Source of the DNA: Gemmatimonadaceae bacterium
Lineage (GTDB): Bacteria; Gemmatimonadota; Gemmatimonadetes; Gemmatimonadales; Gemmatimonadaceae
Direction of reading: 5' to 3'
DNA length: 64,000 nt
NCBI GenBank assembly: GCA_036499625.1
Contig: DASYDJ010000068.1
Span: forward strand, 21,988 to 85,987
The position numbers and the translations under genes are program-made. Position 1 is the first letter of the stretch. Each line of letters starts with the position of its first letter. The notes under the pieces were generated by a model. That model saw only the letters and a program-made list of their open reading frames with translations. It was not told the origin of the DNA and ran no database searches. Below are positions 27,774-36,605 of the stretch, piece by piece.

Positions 27774-27922
27774 CGTGCCGTCCTCACGTGGATTCGCGAC
27801 GGCAACTTACGCAGTCGCACCGCCGCGGGACAACCCTGAAAATCGCTGAGAATACTCAACTCGTGCTGATTGGCGTGTGCCCGTCGTATTGGATTTGGCC
27901 CGAGGCCGCGTTACCCTGAAAT

Positions 27923-29140
27923 GTGCCTCTCACCACTCCCTCGACGTCCTCACTCGACTCCGCGCTGCTCGGCGAGCTTGCCACGCTGCGCGACGATCAT
28001 CTCGAGCGCTCGCTCCGCACTGTCGGCTTTCGGCGCGGCGCGGCGGTTCGCGTTGCTGCCGGCGACGCGATCGACTTCTCGTCGAACGATTATCTCGGCT
28101 TGGCGTCCGACGCGCGCCTCGTCACAGCTATGTCACGATCGCTGGCCGAGCAGGGCGTAGGCGCGACGGCGTCGCGGTTGATTGCCGGAAACAATCCGGA
28201 ACACGATGCGCTCGACGCCGCGTTGGCTGAATTCTTTGGAGCGGAAGCGGCGCTGAGTTTTTCGAGCGGCTTCGCGGCCAACGTCGGAATCATTCCGGCG
28301 CTCGTCGGTCGCGGCGACGCGATCTTTGCGGACGCGTTGAACCACGCGTCGCTCATCGACGGCTGCCGGCTGAGTCGCGCGGCGGTGCACGTCTACCCTC
28401 ACGCCGACGCGTTGGCGCTCCGATCGCTGTTGGCCGAACGACGGGCAGAATTTCGGCGCGCGCTGATCGTGACCGATGGCGTGTTCTCGATGGACGGCGA
28501 CCGCGCGCCGCTCGAGCAGATCGTCGCCGTGGCGCGCGATCACGGCGCCTGGACCTACGTCGACGATGCGCATGCAGTTGGCGTCGTCGGACCCGATGGT
28601 CGCGGCACGGCGGCCGACGCCGGACTCGTTGGCGACATCGATGTCACTGTTGGAACGCTCGGCAAAGCATTCGGCGCGGCCGGCGCGTTCGTGTATGGAT
28701 CGGCGACGTTGCGGCGGTATCTGGTGAATCGCGCGCGCTCGTTCGTGTTTTCCACGGGAATGCTTCCATCGCAAGCGGCGGCGGCGCGCGAAGGGCTGCG
28801 CATTGCGCGGGCCGAGCCTGAGCGGAGAGAGCGCGTGATCGCGAACGCGCGTCATCTGCGCGCCGCGCTACGCACGGCCGGCATCGCGACCCTCGGCGAC
28901 GATGCGTCGCACATCGTGCCGGTGGATGTCGCGAGCGGTGATGCGGCACGAACGATGGCGGTGGGCGACGCGCTGGCGAATGCCGGCTATCTCGTGGGCG
29001 CGGTGCGGCCGCCGACGGTTCCTCAGGGGACGTCGCGCTTACGCATTACGGTCACCGCAGCGCACGACGAAGCGCAGATGCTCGGCTTGGTGTCGGCGAT
29101 CGTTCGCTGCGGTGTCGGTGGTGTCGGCGGTGCCGCATGA
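27923..29140 (+). CDS. bioF: 8-amino-7-oxononanoate synthase
   Basis: 'FSSNDYLGLA', PLP-lysine context 'GTLGKAFG'. First gene of bioFADB. GTG start. Confidence 0.9.
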   Translation: MPLTTPSTSSLDSALLGELATLRDDHLERSLRTVGFRRGAAVRVAAGDAIDFSSNDYLGLASDARLVTAMSRSLAEQGVGATASRLIAGNNPEHDALDAALAEFFGAEAALSFSSGFAANVGIIPALVGRGDAIFADALNHASLIDGCRLSRAAVHVYPHADALALRSLLAERRAEFRRALIVTDGVFSMDGDRAPLEQIVAVARDHGAWTYVDDAHAVGVVGPDGRGTAADAGLVGDIDVTVGTLGKAFGAAGAFVYGSATLRRYLVNRARSFVFSTGMLPSQAAAAREGLRIARAEPERRERVIANARHLRAALRTAGIATLGDDASHIVPVDVASGDAARTMAVGDALANAGYLVGAVRPPTVPQGTSRLRITVTAAHDEAQMLGLVSAIVRCGVGGVGGAA

Positions 29141-30414
29141 TCGGCGGCGACTTCGATTTTGCGGACGCCGATCGCCGGCATGTCTGGCATCCGTACACGC
29201 AGCATGCAGTGGCCGGCGAGCCGCGTCCGATCGTTCGGGCGAGCGGCGCGTATCTCTACGACAGCGACGGCAACGCGATTCTCGACGCGATTTCGTCGTG
29301 GTGGGTGACACTGCACGGGCATGCGCAGCCTGAGATCGCGGCGGCGATTGCCGAGCAGGCGAAGACGCTCGAGCAGGTGATCTATGCGGGTTTCTCGCAC
29401 GAGCCCGGAGCGCGGCTCGCGGCGGAGCTCGTGGCGCGCGCGCCGGCTGGCTTGTCGCGGGTGTTCTACTCCGACAATGGCTCCACGGCGGTGGAAGTCG
29501 CCGTGAAGATGGCGCTCCAATACTGGCAGAATCGCGGTGAGCGGCGGCAGCTGGTCGTCGCATTAGAGAACTCATATCACGGCGACACCTTCGGCGCCAT
29601 GAGCGTGAGCGCTCGCGGGCTGTTCACCGAGCCGTTCGCGGAGCAGCTGTTCGAGGTCGCGCGCCTGCCGGATCCCGTCGACCACGACGTGGTCGGCGCG
29701 CTGGATCGGTTGCTCGGCGAGCGGCCTGGCGACATTGCGGCGCTCATCGTCGAGCCGTTGCTCCTCGCGGCCGGCGGCATGCGGATGTGGCCCGCCAAAG
29801 CGCTGCGCGATTTGCGCGATCTGACCGCTGCGTACGGCGTGCTGTTCATCGCCGATGAAGTGTTGACGGGTTTCGGTCGCACGGGACCGTTGTTCGCCTG
29901 CGACCATGTCGGCGTGTCGCCGGATCTCATGTGCTTGTCCAAGGGCATTACCGGCGGTTTCGTGCCGTTCGGCGCGACGCTGGCGACCGAGGCGATCTTC
30001 GAGAGTTTCAAGTCGACGGATCGTAAGAGAACACTCTTTCATGGACACTCATACGCCGGGAATCCCATAGCCTGTGCGGCCGGCCTGGCCTCGTTGGCGT
30101 TGATGGACGACCGGTGTGACGACCGGCGGAGCGGCATCGAGCTCTCGCACCGGGCGGCGGCAGCGCGGCTCGCGGCGATTCCCGGTATCGTCAACGTGCG
30201 CGTGCTCGGTACTGTCATCGCCCTCGAGCTGGTCGCGCGCGACGGCGGTTATCTGAGCGAGGTTGGTCTGCGACTCCATCGCTACGCACTCGAGCGCGGC
30301 GTGCTCCTCCGGCCGTTGGGCAACACGGTCTACCTGCTGCCGCCATACTGCGTCACCGACGCCGACCTCGGCCGCGCCTACGACATCATCGCCGACTTCG
30401 CGCAGGCGCAATGA
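29137..30414 (+). CDS. bioA: Adenosylmethionine-8-amino-7-oxononanoate aminotransferase
   Basis: Class III aminotransferase. 'HVWHPYTQ', 'FIADEVLTGFGRTG' and 'CLSKGITGG'. Overlaps the bioF stop. Confidence 0.92.
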   Translation: MIGGDFDFADADRRHVWHPYTQHAVAGEPRPIVRASGAYLYDSDGNAILDAISSWWVTLHGHAQPEIAAAIAEQAKTLEQVIYAGFSHEPGARLAAELVARAPAGLSRVFYSDNGSTAVEVAVKMALQYWQNRGERRQLVVALENSYHGDTFGAMSVSARGLFTEPFAEQLFEVARLPDPVDHDVVGALDRLLGERPGDIAALIVEPLLLAAGGMRMWPAKALRDLRDLTAAYGVLFIADEVLTGFGRTGPLFACDHVGVSPDLMCLSKGITGGFVPFGATLATEAIFESFKSTDRKRTLFHGHSYAGNPIACAAGLASLALMDDRCDDRRSGIELSHRAAAARLAAIPGIVNVRVLGTVIALELVARDGGYLSEVGLRLHRYALERGVLLRPLGNTVYLLPPYCVTDADLGRAYDIIADFAQAQ

Positions 30415-31106
30415 TTCGACTCGGCGTCACCGGCACGGACACGGGGATCGGAAAGACTGTGGTGGCGTGCGCGCTGGCTTCCGCGCTCACGCGACGTGGC
30501 ATGCGCGTGGCCGCCATGAAGCCGGTCGAAACTGGATGTGAGTTCAGTGATCCGGCGCGCGATGGGGCGAGACTGGCACGCGCGGCAGCCGAGACGCGTG
30601 ACCTTTCAGTCGTCGCGCCGCTGGTCTTCCCCGAGCCGGTAGCTCCTGTACTTGCCGCCGAGCTGGCGGGTTCGGCGATCGACGTCGCGGCGCTCGATGG
30701 CGCGGTCGAGAAAGCATCGCGCGGCTACGACGCGCTGATCGTCGAGGGTGCGGGCGGGCTGCTCGTGCCCGTCACGAACGACGCGGCATACGACAAGTTG
30801 TTCGCCCGCTGGTCGCTCGACGTCGTGATCGTCGCCGCGAATCGGCTCGGCGTGATCAACCATACGCGGCTTACGATCGCCGCGGCGCGCGCGGCGGGGC
30901 TGCGTGTGCGAGCCGTCGTGCTCAACCAGGTCGCGGACGCCGGCGGCGATCGGTCGACCAGCCACAACCTCCGTCTCATTCACGATTTGGAGCACGTTCC
31001 GGTGGTCGAGCTTCCGCGCATGCCCGCGGTCGACGATCTTGCCTTGGTCGCGACGATCGCCGAGCGTAGTGGGCTCGTCGATTTGATCGTGGCCGACGCC
31101 GACTAG
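30411..31106 (+). CDS. bioD: Dethiobiotin synthase
   Basis: P-loop 'GTDTGIGKT', 'KPVETG' and 'IVEGAGGLLVP'. Confidence 0.9.
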   Translation: MIRLGVTGTDTGIGKTVVACALASALTRRGMRVAAMKPVETGCEFSDPARDGARLARAAAETRDLSVVAPLVFPEPVAPVLAAELAGSAIDVAALDGAVEKASRGYDALIVEGAGGLLVPVTNDAAYDKLFARWSLDVVIVAANRLGVINHTRLTIAAARAAGLRVRAVVLNQVADAGGDRSTSHNLRLIHDLEHVPVVELPRMPAVDDLALVATIAERSGLVDLIVADAD

Positions 31107-31127
31107 TCTCTTGCCTCACGCTTCGAC

Positions 31128-32195
31128 ATGACCAACGCGCTGCCCAACTGGAATACTCTCGCCGATCGCTCGCTCGCGGGTGAGCTGATCAGCCGTGATG
31201 ACGCGCTTGCCGTGCTGCGCGCGCCTGACGAGCTCTTGCTCGATCAGCTTGCTGCAGCGTATCGCGTGCGTCGCCATCACTTCGGCAACCGGGTACGCCT
31301 GCACTTCCTATTGAATGCGCAGAGCGGCCTCTGTCCCGAGGACTGCCATTACTGCTCGCAGTCGTCGGTGTCGATGGCGGAGATCGAGAAGTATCCGTTC
31401 ATGGCGCGCGAGAAGATTCTCGCCGCGGCCGATCGCGCCGCCAGCTTGAATGTGGGCACGTTCTGCATGGTGATCTCGGGGCGTGCGCCGGGCGGACGCG
31501 TCTTCGACAAGGTGTTGGACGCCGTTCGCGAAGTGAAAGCGAAGCACGACATGCACGTCTGCGCGTGCCTCGGTTTGTTGACCGAAGAGCACGTGCGCCA
31601 GCTCGAGGCGGCGGGCGTCGATCAGGTGAATCACAACCTGAACAGCTCCGAGCGGTTCACCGAGGAGATCGTCACGACGCACGAATACGGCGATCGCGTG
31701 GCGACGGTGGAACACGTGGCGCGCTCGAACATGAAGACGTGTTCCGGCGGTATCATTGGCATGGGCGAGACGGACGACGACGTCGTCGACCTTGCGCTCT
31801 CGCTCCGCGAGCTCAATGTGCGCAGCGTGCCTGTCAATTTCCTCATTCCAATTCCTGGAACGCCGTTCGAGGGCAAGCAGGGGCTCGATCCGCGCCGGTG
31901 TCTGCGCGTGCTGGCGCTTTATCGGTTCATCTTGCCGTCGCAGGAGATTCGCATTGCCGGCGGCCGCGAGGTGCATCTGCGCTCGATGCAGGCGCTCGGG
32001 CTGTACGCCGCGAATTCGATTTTCATCGGCGACTATCTGACGACGCCGGGCCAAGCGGCGCGCGCCGATTACGAGATGATCCGCGATGCGGGCTTCGTGC
32101 TGGAGTCGCCGGATGGCGAACCGCTAGCACCGGAGCGGCTGGATGAGCTGCTCGACGGTTCCGTCGCGCCCGGCGCCGAGGTTGTGTCGGTATAG
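31128..32195 (+). CDS. bioB: Biotin synthase (radical SAM)
   Basis: '[11 protein letters not shown]' CxxxCxxC motif, 'HNLNSS' and '[10 protein letters not shown]'. Confidence 0.95.
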   Translation: MTNALPNWNTLADRSLAGELISRDDALAVLRAPDELLLDQLAAAYRVRRHHFGNRVRLHFLLNAQSGLCPEDCHYCSQSSVSMAEIEKYPFMAREKILAAADRAASLNVGTFCMVISGRAPGGRVFDKVLDAVREVKAKHDMHVCACLGLLTEEHVRQLEAAGVDQVNHNLNSSERFTEEIVTTHEYGDRVATVEHVARSNMKTCSGGIIGMGETDDDVVDLALSLRELNVRSVPVNFLIPIPGTPFEGKQGLDPRRCLRVLALYRFILPSQEIRIAGGREVHLRSMQALGLYAANSIFIGDYLTTPGQAARADYEMIRDAGFVLESPDGEPLAPERLDELLDGSVAPGAEVVSV

Positions 32196-32226
32196 GTCCG
32201 CGTCTCGGCCCGTCTGAGATGTGTGT

Positions 32227-32343
32227 CCTTTTTGCCGCGGATGAACGCTGAAAAACGCGGATCCACGCGGGAAAACTGAACAGATTCCTTTGGGTTTTTC
32301 CCGCGTAAGTCGGCGTTTTTTCCGCGTATTCAGCGGCAAAACG
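32227..32343. repeat. Family-2 palindromic intergenic element, copy B
   Basis: CCTTTTTGCCGCGGATGAACGCTGAAAAACGCGGATCCACGCGGGAAAAC ... TTTTCCCGCGTAAGTCGGCGTTTTTTCCGCGTATTCAGCGGCAAAACG. It lies between convergent stops (32195 and 32382). Confidence 0.85.
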
Positions 32344-32381
32344 AAGAGAGGCAGGACCGGCGAGCGGGTCGCGCAACAAAC

Positions 32382-32612
32382 CTACGCCAATGGCAACGAC
32401 CGCCGATTCGTGACTCCCTCCGTCACCTGATAGCCCGCCACCGCCACCGCCTCTCGGAGCTGATCGAGCGTCACCGACCCGTCGTGCTCGACTTCGATCG
32501 CCCCGATCCCCACGTCCGCCCGCGAGATCCCCTCCACGGCCGCCAGCGCCGTAAACACCGCGCGAACGCAGTGCTGGCAGCTCATCCCCTGGACGGTGGC
32601 GCGCGTGATCAT
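32382..32612 (-). CDS. Heavy-metal-associated (HMA) domain protein, second CopZ-like paralogue
   Basis: Track ORF trimmed to ATG 32612. 76 aa with 'GMSCQHCVRAV'. Confidence 0.85.
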   Translation of the reverse strand: MITRATVQGMSCQHCVRAVFTALAAVEGISRADVGIGAIEVEHDGSVTLDQLREAVAVAGYQVTEGVTNRRSLPLA

Positions 32613-32646
32613 GCGGGAAAGATAATGAGCGCGTAATTTCCTCCCC
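32613..32646. promoter_or_regulatory. Back-to-back leaderless-type promoters
   Basis: A 34-nt spacer separates the divergent ATGs. CATTAT (minus, 32627-32622) is 9 nt from ATG 32612. TAATTT (plus, 32634-32639) is 7 nt from ATG 32647. There is no SD on either side. Confidence 0.4.
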
Positions 32647-33534
32647 ATGAAAACCGCCTTCCTTGGACTCGGCGCCATCGGGCGTCCGATCGCGTCGCAC
32701 CTCGTTGCGAAGGGCCTGCCACTCGTCGTGTGGAATCGCACTGCGTCTCGCGCCGAACAATTCGCGCGCGACACCGGTGCCAGCGCCGCGCCAACGCCCG
32801 CCGATGCCGTGCGTGACGCCGACGTCGTGCTCACGTGCTTTCCCGAGTCGAAACACGTCGCCGCGCTGCTCGACGGACCCACCGGCATGCTCGCGGGACT
32901 CAAACGTGGCGCGACGGTAGTCGACTGCACCTCCGGCGACCCGACCACCTCGCGCGCCATTCACGACAAGCTCGCCGCCAACGGCGTCGACTACATCGAT
33001 GCGCCCGTCAGCGGCGGCACGTCGGGCGCCGAGAAGGGAACGCTTACCGTCATGGTTGGCGGAGCCGCCGCGGTGCTCGATCGCGTGCGGCCCGTGCTCG
33101 AGACTTTCTCGGCGAAAATCGTCCATTGCGGCGACGTCGGTGCAGGCGACGCTGTCAAAGCGGTGAACAACGCCTTCCTGGCGATTCACATTCTCGCAAC
33201 GGCCGAAGGCCTCGCCTCGCTCGCCAAGGCCGGCGTCGATCCGAAGGTCGCGCTCGATGTCATCAACGCCTCGAGCGGTCGCTCCAACACGTCGATGAAT
33301 CTTTTCCCCGAGCGCGTAATGTCTCGCGCGTTTCCGCGCACGTTCCGCCTCGCGCTCCTCGAAAAGGACATCGCCATCGCCGCCGAGATCGCGCGCGACC
33401 AGCGCGTGCCCGCGCCGATCACGCAACTCGCGTCAGATCTCTTCCGCATCGGACGCGGCGAGCTCGGCGAAGTCGCCGACCACGTTGAGATCGTGAAAAT
33501 GGTGGAAGGCTGGGCGGGCGTGGAGATCGAGTGA
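32647..33534 (+). CDS. NAD(P)-dependent oxidoreductase, 3-hydroxyisobutyrate dehydrogenase family
   Basis: Rossmann motif 'MKTAFLGLGAIGRPIASHL'. 6PGDH-type NAD-binding and helical domains. Confidence 0.85.
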   Translation: MKTAFLGLGAIGRPIASHLVAKGLPLVVWNRTASRAEQFARDTGASAAPTPADAVRDADVVLTCFPESKHVAALLDGPTGMLAGLKRGATVVDCTSGDPTTSRAIHDKLAANGVDYIDAPVSGGTSGAEKGTLTVMVGGAAAVLDRVRPVLETFSAKIVHCGDVGAGDAVKAVNNAFLAIHILATAEGLASLAKAGVDPKVALDVINASSGRSNTSMNLFPERVMSRAFPRTFRLALLEKDIAIAAEIARDQRVPAPITQLASDLFRIGRGELGEVADHVEIVKMVEGWAGVEIE

Positions 33535-34757
33535 CGACGGCGACTGTCGACACCATTCGCCGGCATTTCCCGGCGCTGGATCGCACGCACAACCGGTTTC
33601 CTGTCGCGTACTTCGACGGACCGGGCGGCACCCAAGTGCCGCGCGCGGTGGTCTCAGCGATCGACGATTATCTCCTCCATCACAACGCGAACACGCACTG
33701 GAAGTATCCGACGAGCGAAGAGACAGACGCGCTCATCGCGCAGTCGCGCGAGACGTTTGCGTCATTCTTCAACGGCCGCGCCGACGAAATCGTCTTCGGC
33801 CAGAACATGACCACGCTCGTCTTCCACCTCGCGCGCGCCATCGGCCGCGAGTTGGGCAAGGGCGACGAAATCGTGATCACGGAGCTCGAACATCACGGCA
33901 ACGTGGGTCCGTGGCAAGCGTTGGTGAAGGACCGCGGCATCACGCTGCGCATGGTGAAGATGAAAACGGAGGACGGCCAGCTCGACTGGTCCGACCTCGA
34001 GGCGTCGATCGGACCGCGCACCAAAGTCCTCGCCATCAACGCCGCATCGAACGCACTCGGCACAGTCAGCGACGTCGCGCGAGCCGCCAAGCTCGCGCAC
34101 GCTGTGGGTGCCAAAGTCCTCGTCGACGCCGTTCATTACGCGCCACACTTTCTGGTCGACGTCGCCGCCCTCGACTGCGATTTCCTCGCCTGTTCGGCAT
34201 ACAAATTCTACGGACCGCACATTGGCGTGCTGTGGGGGAAGCGCGACATCATCGAATCACTCGATGCGCCGCGCCTCGAGCCGGCCCCGCAGGAATCTCC
34301 GGAGCGCCTGGAAACGGGCACGCAGAACCACGAAGGCATCGTCGGCGCCGCGGCAGCGGTGAACTTCCTCGCCTCGTTTGCCGCCAGCTACGGGCAGGCG
34401 CCGCTTCGCGACGCGCTGCGGACGTCGTACAACGCGCTGCACGAGCGCGGCGACGCGCTGCTCGCCAGGATCTGGAACTCTCTTGCCGAGATTCCAGCGG
34501 TGACGTTGTACGGCCCCAAGCCGGGAACTCCGCGAACGCCGACCCTCTCATTCACGCTTCGCGGTTACAAAAGTGATGATGTGGCTATCGCACTGGCCAA
34601 ACAGGCGGTATTCATCTCGACTGGCGATTTTTATGCTAAAACAATTATTGATCGTCTCGGATTAGCGCCGGACGGCCTCATCCGAATTGGTTGCAGTTGC
34701 TACACGACCGATGAAGAAGTTGACCGTCTCGTGCATGGCATCCGTGCCCTAGTGTAG
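33531..34757 (+). CDS. Class V aminotransferase / cysteine desulfurase-like PLP enzyme
   Basis: 408 aa. 'YFDGPGGTQVP', PLP-lysine context 'ACSAYKFYGPH'. Start overlaps the upstream stop. Confidence 0.85.
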   Translation: MTTATVDTIRRHFPALDRTHNRFPVAYFDGPGGTQVPRAVVSAIDDYLLHHNANTHWKYPTSEETDALIAQSRETFASFFNGRADEIVFGQNMTTLVFHLARAIGRELGKGDEIVITELEHHGNVGPWQALVKDRGITLRMVKMKTEDGQLDWSDLEASIGPRTKVLAINAASNALGTVSDVARAAKLAHAVGAKVLVDAVHYAPHFLVDVAALDCDFLACSAYKFYGPHIGVLWGKRDIIESLDAPRLEPAPQESPERLETGTQNHEGIVGAAAAVNFLASFAASYGQAPLRDALRTSYNALHERGDALLARIWNSLAEIPAVTLYGPKPGTPRTPTLSFTLRGYKSDDVAIALAKQAVFISTGDFYAKTIIDRLGLAPDGLIRIGCSCYTTDEEVDRLVHGIRALV

Positions 34758-34780
34758 GACTCTCTCGTGCGGGAGGATCC

Positions 34781-36505
34781 GTGCCGCGTAGCCGTACGTT
34801 CGCCTCGGTGCTTGTCTCGATGCTCGTCGCCGCTCATGCGGTGGCGGCGCAGGCTGTGCGCGGAACCGTGCGCGGCACCATCCACGAGGTTGGCAGCGGG
34901 CTGACGATCGGCGGTACAGTGGTTTGGTTGAGCGACTCTGCCGGCACGCTGCTCGCTCGCACCATCGCCGATGCCGACGGGCGATACGTCTTGGTGCGAT
35001 TGTCGGGATCGGCGCGGCTGCACGTGCTGCACATCGGCTTCCGGCCTGTCGATCTCGCGATAGCTCGAGGCACGCCCGACACCGTCGTGGACGTGCAAAT
35101 GTCGCCGCTGCCGATTGCACTGTCGGCCGTAGAGGCGACGAGCCGCCGAGTGTGCCCGGGCGAGCGGGGAACGAGCGAGGCGCTCGATTTGTGGGAGCAG
35201 GCTCGCGCCGCGCTGCTGGCGAGCGTCGTCGCGCGCGAGGCCTCGCCGCCGAGCATTCGACTCATGTCGTACGTGCGCGTGCGCGAACCGGTTGCGCATA
35301 CTCTCATCAGTCAGGTCGTCCACGGCCGCACCGTCGTCGGCGACCGGTCGTACGTGGCCGGCCGATCCGCGTACGCGTTCGAGAATGACGGCTATGTCGA
35401 GGAAGCACGCAACGGTGCGCGCACGTTCTACGCGCCCGACGACAACGTGCTTCTCGATGCGACGTTCGCCGGCACGCACTGCATGCACACCGTCGACGGC
35501 ACCGGCGCGCACCAGAATGAAGTGGGTATCGGATTCGACCCAGTCCTGGGCCATGGCCGCGATACGCTGGTCGAGGTGAGCGGCGTCGTGTGGCTCGATC
35601 GCGCGACCACGACGCTGCGCTCATTAGAGTTTCATTATGTCGGGCTCGAACCGGCAGCCAAGGACGCCGGTGGCGAGCTTTTCTTCAGCCTCATGCCGAA
35701 TGGCGCGCCGATGATCGACCATTGGTCGCTCCATTTTCCGGAGCTCGTCGAGGACATTCCGCTGCATCCGAGTCCATTGCGCCGCCGGAAGCCGCCGCGC
35801 CCGGATCGGCTCAACATGACCGTCCATTCGCTTCGCGAGGTTGGCGGCGCGGTCGCCAGTGCCGCGTGGGCGGATGGTACGACATGGCAGTCGCCGTATT
35901 TGACGCCGGTTCGCGGGCAGCTTCGGCAGTTGGACGGCGAGCCGGTCACCGGTGCACGCGTTTGGCTGCGCGATGCCCCCGACACCGTGATGAGCAACTC
36001 CGACGGCTATTTCACGATTCCGAGCGTATTCCCCGGCACATATGCCGTGCAAGCTGCCGACAGCGTGCTCGCCGGCGTCGGCTATTCGCGAGTGTGGGGC
36101 GAGATTGCCGCTGGTCCCGCGACGACTGTGGCGACTGCGGCGCCTCGCGGCGCAGCGCCGCCTCTCTTCTTTTACTACAGCCGCGCGGAAGCGATCAAGG
36201 TCGCCTGCTTCGGGCGCGACGCCGGCAAAGGTGAAGGGCTCATACTCGGCCGCGTCGCGGACGGAAATGGAGATCCTGTCAGCAACGCCGCGATCAACGC
36301 GATCCCCGGGTCGCAACAGGCCAGCGCCAAATCGCCGCGCAACGCCTCGCTGCAGGCCGACGCTGACGCCGAAGGTCGCTTCGCGATTTGCGGCGTGCCG
36401 CCGGCGGCCACCGTGCGTCTCGTCACCACCAGCGACAGCGGCCCGACGAAAACCGACGTCGATTGGGACGGAAAGCTCGCGACCGTCAAAGTCGTCGTGC
36501 CCTGA
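34781..36505 (+). CDS. Secreted protein with carboxypeptidase-regulatory-like domains
   Basis: Signal peptide 'MLVAAHAVAAQA'. Segments 'GTVRGTIHEVGSG...ADADGRYVL' and 'GRVADGNGDPVSNAAINAI...DAEGRFAICGV'. GGGAGGA lies before the GTG. Confidence 0.7.
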   Translation: MPRSRTFASVLVSMLVAAHAVAAQAVRGTVRGTIHEVGSGLTIGGTVVWLSDSAGTLLARTIADADGRYVLVRLSGSARLHVLHIGFRPVDLAIARGTPDTVVDVQMSPLPIALSAVEATSRRVCPGERGTSEALDLWEQARAALLASVVAREASPPSIRLMSYVRVREPVAHTLISQVVHGRTVVGDRSYVAGRSAYAFENDGYVEEARNGARTFYAPDDNVLLDATFAGTHCMHTVDGTGAHQNEVGIGFDPVLGHGRDTLVEVSGVVWLDRATTTLRSLEFHYVGLEPAAKDAGGELFFSLMPNGAPMIDHWSLHFPELVEDIPLHPSPLRRRKPPRPDRLNMTVHSLREVGGAVASAAWADGTTWQSPYLTPVRGQLRQLDGEPVTGARVWLRDAPDTVMSNSDGYFTIPSVFPGTYAVQAADSVLAGVGYSRVWGEIAAGPATTVATAAPRGAAPPLFFYYSRAEAIKVACFGRDAGKGEGLILGRVADGNGDPVSNAAINAIPGSQQASAKSPRNASLQADADAEGRFAICGVPPAATVRLVTTSDSGPTKTDVDWDGKLATVKVVVP

Positions 36506-36509
36506 CGAT

Positions 36510-36589
36510 GTCATCCCGAGGAGCGCAGCGACGAGGGATCTTTCGTCTCTAACTGGTGAAGGAGATTCCTCACTTCGTTCAGAACGACA
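36510..36589. repeat. Family-1 palindromic intergenic element, copy 3 (opposite orientation, one degenerate arm)
   Basis: GTCATCCCGAGGAGCGCAGCGACGAGGGATC ... GGAGATTCCTCACTTCGTTCAGAACGACAG. It lies between convergent stops (36505 and 36606). Confidence 0.8.
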
Positions 36590-36605
36590 GCCAGTTTAAA
36601 GAATG

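Noticed and set aside
27774-27922. Possible M-box (Mg) riboswitch for mgtE, or a BirA-type operator for the bio operon
   Set aside because: The spacer is only ~150 nt and is shared by two divergent genes. I could not find M-box core motifs or a long BirA-like palindrome.
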